From the NCBI GenBank assembly GCA_964035545.1, contig OZ037770.1, positions 10,236,973 through 10,300,972 on the forward strand: DNA of 64,000 bases, written 5' to 3'. The notes under the pieces were generated by a model. It saw only the letters and a program-made list of their open reading frames with translations. It ran no database searches and was not told the DNA's origin. The DNA is from Bugula neritina. Its lineage: Eukaryota > Animalia > Bryozoa. Every line of letters begins with the position of its first letter. Position 1 is the first letter of the stretch. Both the position numbers and the translations under genes were made by a program. Below, piece by piece: positions 35,584 through 47,699 of this stretch.

Positions 35584-37376
35584 GCCAACAGACAGACAGA
35601 CAGACGAACAAGGATTTTAATTTGTTTTGTGAATCAGGCTTTTTGCAGTGTATACATATAATTATATTGTATCGTAATATTTCATGATACTATAACTATG
35701 TATTATTATTAGATAATATACAATGTAATATCTTATTTTCTGATGTATATCAGCAATTAAAAAACCCAACGTGTAAATTCATTTTAGCTTTTGCATACAC
35801 CAATACTCCAAACTGCAAAAAAACCTTTTCAAGTTAATAGTTTGATTATCGTTTCCTTATTATTTGTTTTCAATACCATTGTTTACCCAACTCATTTTTT
35901 CTATATGCTTTTTATTCTGCTTGATAAAAGTTTGTGTATTTCCACATTGCTAAAAATCACCTCATGTCATATGAATAATTTAATCTGACATTTACCGCTT
36001 TGATTAACTATTCATTGTGCTCCTCGATCACTATAACACTTATATAGCATAGATATAGGCTATACTTACATAATATGTTGTAGCTGAATGAATGCAGTAG
36101 GCCTACTAATTTTCTTCTGGCAATAAAGTTGTTGCTCGAAAATATATTTCAGTAGTGAAAGGCTAAAATTCAATTTCAATTATTTGAATGTTTTAACAGC
36201 TGTTGCTATAATAATTTATTACAATAAAAATGACACTTAATTATTATTGCATGCATTTATTTCAAGTGTTTCTACTCCAATTTATCAAAATGGCAAAATT
36301 TATATCCATTCAAAAATAATAATCTAATATCTTTTATGAACATCATTTAAAATTTTTAGTTACCGTAAACATATGTAGTATATAATATTATACATTATTT
36401 GCATTATACAATATGTAGTGTTTATTGTATAATTATATACACTACAAAAAACTTGAGGTAACAAAACAACAATTCCCTGCTATTATATAAAGATTATAAC
36501 TATGATTTTATATGCAAATACAGCTGCTAAAACCAATGACCCAATCACAAAAGTGTGTACCATAAATACCATTAACTACGACTGTATTATACCCTAATGT
36601 TATTAAAAATAGAAATGTAATGATCTTAATATAATATATAGTATATTATATAGCCAAATACTAACTCAGGTGGTTAACCCAAAGGCCTTTCTGCTAAAAC
36701 ATGATTAATTGCTAGCAATTAATTTTTACAAACATTCACAATCAATAAGCAGGTTGGATGTGCTTTTGTAATTGTGTATATAAATATATACTACATACTT
36801 TATAATGGACACACTGGAATAAAGCTTGTCATTAAACGTTTATATAACACTGCAAAACCAAAACATAAAAATTGCATATTGAGTGTCTATGATTCTTCTG
36901 GACTAATTAATTCAAAATTCAAAACATTTTCAGCTTTTTTAAAATTGGTGTTATTTATTTGAAGCTATAAACCATCTTGATAAAATAGGTATTCAGATTT
37001 CTCTTTATACCCTTGAAACAAAAATATAATGACATGCAGTAGTATAAAGTAAAGCGGTTTCATTACTTCACAGAATGGATGCTCATACGAATGAATTTGA
37101 GGTTGCAGTTTGCATTAACTTAGGGTTGTGGTTTCATTCGATGTAACTGTTTCCAAACACTAAACGAAAAATCATTTGAACAATGTGAAGCTCGGAAACA
37201 AAGTGAATGACAAATATAGATAAACTTGACAATACTGATTTTAGCAATTTGTATTATGCTACCAAAAATGTCTTTATAATGATATGCTATGTCAATGAAA
37301 ACACCAATATTACTAATAACTGATACATAAACAAATAACTTAAAAACATAGGTTTTCACTTTTATTGTTTTCATCT

Positions 37377-40300
37377 TCATGCAATGTCAACTAAGTTAGC
37401 TAAGCTGCCTAAACCCACATTCCCCAGTGCACTTTCAATGTTTGGGTGGTGCCCAATCTTGCCAACTGACTGCAAAGGCCCTTCTCTGGTTTTCTTTCTG
37501 CGTCTACCCTGCATGTTCTGCTTTTTTCTTTTATTTGTCTCGTAACATTGTTTCCCCTTGGCGCACTTTGTTCTTTGGTTTTTCCTTCTTCGCAATCTTC
37601 TTGGTGATTTGGGGCAAATCTAGAACAATTTTTTTAAACTTTTGCTGTCAATAGAAAAACATACTTTTGTAGCCTGTATAAGCAGCCTTAAATATCAAAT
37701 GCTAGTTGTTCTGCTTATGCTAAATGAATATTTGCCACACTTTTAGCCTTAAAATTAAATGTAAAATAGTTCGTGTGCGTGTGTGTAGTAAAGTCACATA
37801 CCTGATTTTCTGTACACTCAGTGACCTCTTTATCCACACCATCACACTTGTCACTAGACATTATAATTCCATCAACCATGCACTGTCTGTACCTTTCCTT
37901 AGTTCCAAAGCCATGTCTTCTTGAACCGCAAGACCTAGAGCATGCGCCCCAACTAGTCCAACTTGTCCAGTGGGCGCATGGCTACTTAACATATAGATTA
38001 TTTTTATTTTGTAATATTTGAGATATATTTGTATATTTCTGATGCATTAATTTATAAATGTTAGAGTTTTCAACACACAACTTCAGGTATACAGTTTTAT
38101 AAACATAGCACGTGTGATAAAAATTGTCAGTAGAACTTTTTTCTATAAGCTCTGTTGATGCATGTTTTCTAAAAACTACTTGCACCATCAAAAACATCTA
38201 CTTTATTTAGTCTAATCTTTGTAGTACATGAATAGCCTTAAATATCAGAAATAATTATTCTAAAATACCTAGCACGTGTCGCTTAAATTTCAATGAACCT
38301 GATTTGCTAAGGTCTTTGTAAAAGTTGCTTAGATTATATCATTCTGCAGACGTCTTCTATATGCGTTGCTTTAGTTAAACTCTATTCTTTTAAGTTGCTT
38401 TCAAAAAGTGATATCTTTTAGATCAATAAACAGAACCTCAGTTTGATTACAGATAATGGCTTATTTGACTACAATCTAGTTTGAGGAATTTTCTGTCTAT
38501 TGAACATCCATTATCAAATGAAAAGTGAAAAGTTCAGTATATTGATATGCTTATTTACTTGCCCTTTATGATCCTACTGCAAATTGATAACTATGGTTGT
38601 AATAGAGTCTAAGTTTTCAACCAATTATGAGCAGTTGGTATAATAAACTGACCTTGTCATTGAAGCAGTCCTCTAGCTTGCTGGTTGGACAGTAACCCGG
38701 ACTAACTTCTGTGCAGCTGCGGGTCATCTCTCTTACCCCGTAAGAGCTGCATTCAGCTTGACAAGAGGTTACTTCCTGCCAGGCTGTGCAGTCGCAGTGT
38801 TGTTTATGGCTACCTAGAGCTGCTTCTTTTTCATTATATGTGGTGGTGGTGCTATATAGCAGGTCAGGGGGGTTGGTGGTAAAGATGTCATTGTAAGTGG
38901 TTGTTGGCATGACATCATTGTAGGTGGTTGTTGGCATAACGTAGTTAGGTTTACTTGAGGTCTTCGGTGGTTTAGAGCTCAAGCAAGCTGGGTTAGAGAA
39001 GCACCAGATAGAGAACTTACCACCCTGTTTACCACAATAGCCACCTGCTTCCCTGCCAACACAGGTAGCTTTCACAGGTAGATTATGTAAGAGTGATTTG
39101 ACAGAGTAGTCTCTATCTGAAAGCAGATCATGGTTCCCATTAGTTAAACCATATAAATGTATTTGTAGTAGTGATGTGTTAAGCTAAGCTTCACAATGTC
39201 AGAAGCCTAGTAAATGTGTCAAATCTGCTATAATTATTAGTTGATCAGCTAATTCAGTTACCAGTAGGTCATTACTCTACTATTGGTTATTGATTACTAC
39301 ATAATACCCACAGATTAGTGTCTATTTTTATTAAAGTACCAAATAATTATTACTTACTTTGTTACCCTAGCAACCAGTTATTATAGCGATTATATTATAC
39401 TAATTATTTCAAAAGAGTTTTAAAGTAAAAAAATATTTTGAAAAATGAAAAAGTTCAATGTTTTAAAAATTCACACATATACCATCTTGAAAGCCTGAGT
39501 AATCATCTTCTCTTGTTCTGTCTTCCAGAGCAAAGCAAGCCTGTGTTCCATGCAATACCTGTATGCAGATCTGTTTGTTTAGCCCTGGTTGCCAGTGATG
39601 TGTACTATGACTCATATCATGATCTGAATAATGTAAATTAATCTTTACGATTGTGATAGTTTCAACATTAAATTAACTATAATTATTAAATACATTATTG
39701 TCTAGATTCACAATTACTATTCAATTACTATACATAAAAATTTAGTATAATAAATAACATAATAAATTTATTTCAGTTTTTCTTTCTGTCTGTCATATTT
39801 TTCTTAAACTATAGTACTAATCTTTGTGTCGTATGTTTTCTGGTTTGCTACACATGTAAGTGTAGCTGCAAACACTACGAGGGATCTGTTAGAAAACCAC
39901 TGCAAGTACGTTAGACATACAATAAAGCTGCAGCAGTTTGTAAAGCATGCCTCAATTAAATCTGCAACTACTTTTATAAATTTAACAAAGATAAATTTCT
40001 ATGGAAGACTTTAAGCATAATTGAAAACCCATTTTAATTGTATGCTCTAACGAAAACTAGTACTAATAAAGTACAAAGCTCACACGCATACACATACTCA
40101 CATGCACGTTAGCGTAACTATTCCCTTTGTAGTTGTGCTCACCTGCTTTTTCATCCAATGAACAAGCAGAGTTACCAAACAGCCCACTGCCCTTGAGACA
40201 ATGTCCACCTTTCAGCCAATGTAGGCACGCTGTCCAATACCCCGAGTGGTCACAGTGTTGACTCTCATGTGGAATCACCACTCTAAGGCATTCTTCTTGT

Positions 40301-40737
40301 TTTGCACATGTGTCTGCTTTGAAATATGCATCAACTTTATAAAAGCAAAGGTTTATGACAGTGTTCTTGATGAAAAAAATATTACGAATGCAAAAAGTGA
40401 CATTTCAGAATTTATATATTCATTATACAATACATGAAGTAAATGCATGTCGTTACTATGTAAGGTTCTTTTAATTTAAAATGTTCTGCTGCATATTTTT
40501 AAAGCCAAAAACTGTCTATTTTATTTTATGTTAATATTTGGAGCCTCTTACCTGATGCAACTGATGCTGTTTTCAAAAATGCTGCAATATCAAAAAATAT
40601 TTTTTATTATATTATATACTATAAAGAATTTTAACACTTGAAAAATTTTAAAATGCAATCTTCTTTTAATTGAATCCTTATTACTCACCGTTTAGCAATA
40701 TGAAAATATAAACTGCTTTGCTTCGGAGCAACAACAT
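37377..40737 (-). CDS. Secreted thrombospondin type-1 repeat protein, 7 exons (40737-40689, 40581-40552, 40313-40143, 39623-39483, 39116-38653, 37981-37802, 37619-37377), ~425 aa
   Basis: In-frame GT-AG joining (1278 nt). Signal-peptide-like start MLLLRSKAVYIFILLNAFLKTASVAS, then a Cys/His-rich domain and a Thr/Pro linker. TSR1 reads CTAWQEVTSCQAECSSYGVREMTRSC, TSR2 reads WTSWTSWGACSRSCG...KERYRQC, followed by an Arg/Lys-rich tail. Confidence 0.82.
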
Positions 40738-43056
40738 GTTCACGTCTTGTCTTTGCAAGACTTGTAAGAAATATGATAATGCGTTATTACACAATAAAAT
40801 TAGTTAACTATAAATATGATAATTAAGTTACTGCAAGTGGCTAGCCTGTCACTTACGCAGTATTTAAATTCTTTTAATCCCAAAGGAAGCAGATTAGTCA
40901 TGTATAGTTTATTGTTGACCTTTCCACTCTTCATTCTAATGTGCTTTTTACTGTCACATCGAGATCGGTGACCATGGAATTACTCATTATAGAATGCAAA
41001 AGATTATTATTACGTATTTCATCATTATTCATTTATACACATTAACTATCAATCATTCTATATAGCTAATTGGATATAGTCTAAATATATTTAAAACTGT
41101 CTTTGGATATTAACAATTCCATTAAACATATTGGTTTTAACCTATCATTGAAAATTTACTAATTCTGTTGAAAGTTAAGTTAAAATCAATTTTATTATCG
41201 ACAGAGCATAATGTGCTTATCCGCCATGTTTGTATAGTATTAAAAATTTAAAAGAACCCATTATACAGGGGTATAGTTCTGATGACATCAAGTATGATCA
41301 TGCATCATTCTTGATCAGAAAATTTAAAAATAATTTAATCATTAAATAAATACATTTTTTGTATATTTGCAAAAACAACCAATCTAGCAAGACGTTTCAT
41401 GACATAAACAGAGAAGCTTCATTTCTAAATTTTTACTATGTTACAGTAACAGAAAGTAATACGTAGTGCTTTTCTTATAGACTGCGAGTTCTAGAATAAA
41501 AAATCGACAGCCTGAAAAACATGCTATGCAAAGCTCTTAAAATTAACATTGCTGAGCTGAACAGAAAAAGTCTCTAACTTAAATGTTGATATAAAAAAAA
41601 ACATTTTGCTACATAATTTTTACTGATTCTATTTATAAAACTGCAAAATAACTTTTAAGAAGATTTTAAACTTTTAAGACAGTTTAATGCTAGAATATAG
41701 TAGGGGTAATTCACAATATAGTCAATATATTAATCTAAAAGCTAACTGTAAACCATCATAATAATTCTTATACCTACAGGTTACTCATCTTTTTATATCA
41801 ACTAGCTTTTAATTTTTAACAAGAACACAACTTCCTACTACAAAACAGTAGATAATATGCAGCTGAATAAATCATTTTGTTATACATTGATTAGAATTTA
41901 TCATTCTTTGACTAAGTTGAGTAAAAGTCAAACAATGGTAGTCTTTGAGATAAAATATTTATTATTATTATATTTTATTCTTTATTTTCGCGCATGTAAA
42001 TGTGCAATGAACAATTCCAAACACCAATATATATTATTTAGAAGGACACAGTACACTTTGATTCAGTAGAGCTGCCAGAGTTATACTTGAGCTAAAAGCA
42101 GAAGCAATTAAAGCGTTTAAAATATGGAAAAAAAACTTGTGTTAGATATAAAACTCTAGCAAAGCAAGTTTTCCCTCTTAAACAGAACTTTATTTTACTG
42201 ATAAAAAGGCCTAAATTTTTCTAATTTTTCAGTCTTATTTACCTAAAAACCTTGAGTCTCCATTTTTATACAATACCCTAGTAATTAGTAAGAGGTGGTA
42301 AAAGTTGCGGTTTCATCCCAGATAGACACTTTCCAGTTAGACGCTATTTATTTATATTGGTACAATATATATTGTATGTACAATTTTTTGAATATTATTT
42401 AAATATATATGTATATTTAAATAAAGCACGTATTGAGCACATAAACAAGACGCTATTTTTTATTTTGGTACCATAATAATGTATATAACTGTTGTATTGA
42501 TTGCTAAATAGCTAATATGTTAATAGCTATAATAGCTAATATAGAGTATTAATTGTACCAAAATATTATACAAATAACTTCTAACTGGGAAACTTCCATG
42601 TGGAAAGCGTTCAAGTGGGAAATTTAGCCTAGCGTTTAACTGGGATGACAACAACGTTGCAGCCAAGGGCTGAAACCGATAACCAGTGCTCTAACTACTA
42701 TACCACTGCAGCAACCTTATTACATTTCCCTTACTAACACTGCATAATTTATATAAATGCAATATATAAGGGGGAATGTTGTAAGAGTTCAACTTCAATG
42801 CATTGTATAAAGCCAGCTTATTTTGGACAAAGCAATATCTATCTACAAAGTTGACAAGTAATTATCAGATAGAAGCTAGTTTCGTAACACTACAGTTTAA
42901 CAGCTATGCTTTCATTTGTTATGTCTGTAGCTGTGCAGCGTATATGCAAGGATAGCTAGAATGATAACTGAAACCGTAAACTCAATATTACTTAGAAAAA
43001 TTATCAACATTTTTATACTGTTACTCATAGAAAGTGCAGGCAAGTAGATATAAAGA

Positions 43057-44381
43057 ATGATATTGTTCAAATCGGTTGTTATCATCAATATGAGCACTTC
43101 GAAAAAACTTTTTAGACTAAGGTCAAGAGTTCTTCTTCTTCTGGCAATGGTAACAGTGGTAACATTGATCACTCTGCATAGACTCGTTCTCCCATCTCTT
43201 ATCGGATACTATGAAGACGAATGCCTTCTGTCAGACACAAAGTACGAGGCCTTAAAGCAACTCTTTCAACGCATATCGACTTTATACGACAAGTTGAATC
43301 AGGTTTACTGGGTGGACTATGGATTACTGCTGGGATACTACAGAATAAAAGACATTTTGCCTCACGACGGTGACCTAGATTTTAGTAGGGTGCATTTCCC
43401 CTCCAAAGAGTTTGAGTTTAATATGGCGTTCTATAGAATGATGAGGGAGTTCCCTGAAACTAGGGGAAACACCATGTTTGCAGACATGTACGTTACTGGG
43501 AAAGATGGGGAAAGAGTTCACGTTACAGCAGACTTGTTTAGAGTGCAGGTTGAAGAGATCAACGATAAGCAATTCCTCTTCCCGTACTGGAATGAACAGC
43601 ACAGAGAAGCGGCAAGGTAGACTTTTATTGTCTGCACTTGCATTTTGTTATAACTTCCTTGATTTTAAAAAATTGCAGCTCTTTCTATAATATTGTAATT
43701 TAAACATATTAGGTGAAACTTCTGTAACAAATCAAAGTCATAAAAGATAAAGACTGCTGCTCATATGTGAAAGTTGATATCAGAGTTTATTTTAAAGGCC
43801 GTTGTTTCATTTCAGGACGAAAAATTTTGCTTTTTTCAATACATACTTTGCTAATTGCACTAAAATATGCCATAAATTTTATTTTATGTAAACCTTTGAG
43901 CTAGTCAATAGCTAAATTTATCTCCATGATTGTAAATATTGCTATGCAATCATAATATTATTATATGTTTTACATTTCTTATTGGATCAGAGTATATATA
44001 ATTAATTTTGGAGAAAATAGTTGCAAAATTAGAATTTGTTTTTAATTTAATGTTTATTTTACTATTTTTAGATATAGGCTGTTTGATCGACATTTGGAAG
44101 ACATCATTCCATATGAAGTTATCTTCCCACTGCAACGTCTGCAATTTCTTGGAGTAAATGTTTCCTTTCCTAATCAAATAGAAAAGCTGCTTTCTATCAG
44201 ATATCCCACTTACAAGATAACGCTGCCATATAAATGGAAGTGCTACGTACCTCAACATAGCACTATTCTCATCACCTTTTGTGTCTTAGTGTTTATCATA
44301 GTATTATATTTTACCAAGCAAAAACCTTCATTACATAAAATTGTAGAGGCAAGCTATACTGTAACAGACAAGTATTTATAA
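43057..44381 (+). CDS. LicD/fukutin-family nucleotidyltransferase-fold phosphoryl-ligand transferase, copy 1; 2 exons (43057 or 43090-43616, 44072-44381)
   Basis: YWVDYGLLLGYYR..DILPHDGDLD matches the LicD YWLxxGTLLGAxR..IPWDxDxD motif. Also ADLFR and C-terminal IFPL....FLG..V.FPN...LL..RY. Phase-2 intron; hydrophobic segments at both termini. Confidence 0.87.
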
Positions 44382-44675
44382 GCATTTAAATTATTACGTA
44401 ATACGTGCATGCGAACTTGCAGTATTATGTAACATAGTGTCATTTATTATGCACATTTTAACCAAACTGTGTCCAAACTTTAAAGATGAAATGCTGTGGC
44501 TAACAAAGCCTGATCTCTTTGTAGTTTCGAATTTTTTGTAAAAAATTTTACAATTTTATAATTTTATGCTCACATAGTGAATAATAAATATTATATTAAA
44601 ATTTATAAAGCTCTGTACTGAAGTTGTCTGTACTTGGATAATACAAGTTATTGCTGAATAGTACGTCAAATTGTC

Positions 44676-44890
44676 TAGGGGTGGGCAACTTCTTTTGCTT
44701 AGAGAAAGGAACAAAAACGAAGGGCCACATAATTATACACATAACAATTTTATTGCAGTAAAGTAATTTGTCACCAAACCTATGCTGAACTAATCAGAAT
44801 AACAATGACAGTTTTAACTCATCTTAAGCATTAAAAGGGTCACTGAAAACTAAGCAAAGGGTCACAAGAGCCCCCAGTTGCCCACCCCTG
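44676..44890. mobile_element. hAT-type MITE, inverted copy of the 8549-8785 family
   Basis: TIRs AGGGGTGGGCAAC / GTTGCCCACCCCT. The internal sequence is the reverse complement of 8580-8780. Confidence 0.85.
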
Positions 44891-45780
44891 GTCTACAGTA
44901 GACAGTAATTTAAGGACAATATCTAAAAGTCTAATACCACAAACTTCAATGTTTTATAGAAGAAATATATAGAAACAACTAAAAATTCAACTGAGGCATT
45001 TATTTTTTTTTAATACAGCAAGTATCTTTAGTCATTGCAATAACTTCCCATTATTTTTGTTTCTTCTAACCTGTCTAAATACATAAACTGTAGATGGAAC
45101 ATTAATTAATGAAACATGTATAAGTTTCACTATATTTATTTTATAAATCACCATAGTATATGAACAACTATTTTTAACATTTGAACTTTTGTTCACAATT
45201 AATAAAATTTCTTGTGCATATACATGTATATATATATATATATATAGCTTTTGCTCATGTCATTGGAAAAATGCAATTAAAATACAATTATCATTTGTGT
45301 TGTACTCTTTGAAGCTTTCATTTTATATATTATTTAAATATGAAAATCTTTCATAGCAACTTGGAGTTTTCCTCTCTCAAGTTATGCAACATTCTGTAGT
45401 TTGTAAATAGATTTTTTCTAGTAAACAACTAGGTAGTTGCAGTTTCATTATATTTTTAAAACAATCATGATTTCACATCAAAATGCAATAAAATTTAGCA
45501 ATAATAAAGTTGTATTTATTATAAAGCAGCTTATATAACCAAAATAATATAGCTAAAAATAATTTAATACTGCATAGATGAAGTAGTACTATAATGTAGA
45601 TGCAGTATATAATAATTATTAGAAATATTAGTATAAAGTTTATAACTGGCAAAATGTTTCAATTATTAATTTAATTGAAACGCTGATTTGGCATTATAAA
45701 TTTTAGGATTTAAGGAGCTATTTTTGCTGTTGAGTGCAGTTATAATGAAATTTGTCTTGCATTTACAATAATATTATATA

Positions 45781-45994
45781 GGGAGCAGTGGTGGTCTAGG
45801 GGTTAGAGCGCTTGCCTAGTAAACACGAAGGTCATGGGTTCGAGCCCTGACAAAGGCCATTGGTGATGTTAAGAAGAGCATCCAGTCAAAATTGCTCCTA
45901 TGCCTCATTTAAATAAGTTCTTAGCCCGTTTTAGCAAAAACCCTTTCTATCAGGGGTTTCTCACAGGGATAGTGACTATAAACTTGCGTGAGTT
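45781..45994 (+). mobile_element. tRNA-derived SINE, full length with target-site duplication
   Basis: A box TGGTCTAGGGG and B box GGTTCGAGCCC. Flanked by TTTACAATAATATT(A/G)TATA on both sides. Confidence 0.9.
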
Positions 45995-47104
45995 ATTTAC
46001 AATAATATTGTATAGGAAGAAATCAGAAGTCATCACTTTTTATCCTCAGTAGTATGCTTATAGCAGACTTGAGTAATATGATAATGGTAATTGAGAGAAC
46101 AATTGAGATATCCATTAAGCTGTTTCTTTGCCAGATCAAACACCTAATATAATATATATAAGTTGCCAACAACTTAGAATAGAAATAAATAAATGACTGC
46201 TTTTAAGGCGCATCATTCATTTCAAATAGCTAATTCTTGCTATATATAGCTGTAACTTTAGCTATTAGCAAGTAAGCTATTATAACATATATACATATAT
46301 TTCAGTGGAAGTGAATGATGTAACATTATTAGGAGTATTACTTCTAGCAAAAATTCAAAGCTTATAAATACAGTTTATGAGAAAAAAATACAAAAACATT
46401 ATGATAATTTGATAATAAATGACCTTTACATAGATTGTGCACTCCCACCTGACAAATAATATAATAATATTCTGTATAATGCTTGAGTAGTTAATGAAAG
46501 CATGAGGATTAGATGTATTTTTATAAAAGGAATTCACAATGTTAGCATCATGTTTCAAATAAAAACTAGTCATGACTAGGATTTATAGCTATATCTTATC
46601 TTAGTTTTCAAAAACAAAACTCCCTACTGCGAGATGAATTGTTAAAAAGTTCTTTTGAATTATAAACCAATTGTGCTTTAGAATAAACTAGTATATCTGA
46701 ATGCTAGTTCACTGTAGGTAGTAAATTTGCTTACTAGTTTCACAGAAATCTGACCTAGTATAAGTAACTCAGTTTATATTGATGGGAAACTAAGTAGCTC
46801 TGCCTCCCAACTTTATGCATTTTAAAAAGTTTTCGACTTGTATATCTAGTAATTAGATAGTTTAATATAGGCATATATGAAATGAAATATTAAGGGGATA
46901 CGCCACTGTGTTGGTATTCCAACTACAATCAATGTGATCCATTAGTCACAAGTTACTATCTAGCTAAGCAAGCTTCATACCAGCAGCTGTTGCAAAGTCT
47001 ATACAGTAAAATAGCAATCACTAATGTTAGTATGAAGCACTAAATAAAGCCATGCTTTGCATCAATGAGTGTATTTCTTCAAAACTAATGTTTAATTTAT
47101 AGTA

Positions 47105-47288
47105 GATTCCTGGCAGAACCCGCTGATCACGAAGTTACTCATATAGCAGGTTTAATACTTGTTTTCTTGTTGTGGCCAAGGAACAATTACGACTAGATGT
47201 ATTTCCTAACATCACAAATGACTTTTACTAAGAATCAAACTCATGTTTACTAGGTCAGTACTCTAGCCCCTAAACCAGCTATACTCCA
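47105..47288 (-). mobile_element. Degenerate SINE copy upstream of LicD copy 2
   Basis: Reverse complement retains TGGTTTAGGGGCTAGAG and GTGATGTTAGGAAATACATCTAGTCGTAATTGTTCC. Confidence 0.6.
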
Positions 47289-47699
47289 AGTAAATTTCAC
47301 CTGCATCCAGTTAATTGAAAAAGATCTTATTTTTTAAAATTGGTAATTGAATATGATTTTTTTTAAAAATAACTCAAGCCTCATGGGTGTAAAATACTGC
47401 ACACAAGAAAATAATACTGGTAGCAAAAGCTAGCGTGCACAGCTATTTTATATGCAAAGTCCGGCGTAAAATTTCTACTTAATTCACACATTGGCAGACG
47501 CATCTTATTGGCCAAATTTTCATGGTCTATTGAAATTCAAGAGCCACGTATTAAATACGATAGGCTAATAATAGTATAGTGGTCAAACTTTATAAAGGCT
47601 AGTGCTTTGACCAGTATAGAAATCACACTGCTTTGTAAAAGGAAGGAAGGAGGGATTAAGCTAAAGCCAGTATGCTGGTAAATTAGATAAGTAAATAGC

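Noticed and set aside
37377-40737. R-spondin orthologue
   Set aside because: No furin-like CxxC repeats, and it has two TSRs and a mucin-like linker. Only the TSR-plus-basic end is similar.
45781-45855. tRNA gene (A and B boxes)
   Set aside because: It is the head of a multi-copy SINE with a constant downstream body and target duplications; I could not fold a clean cloverleaf.
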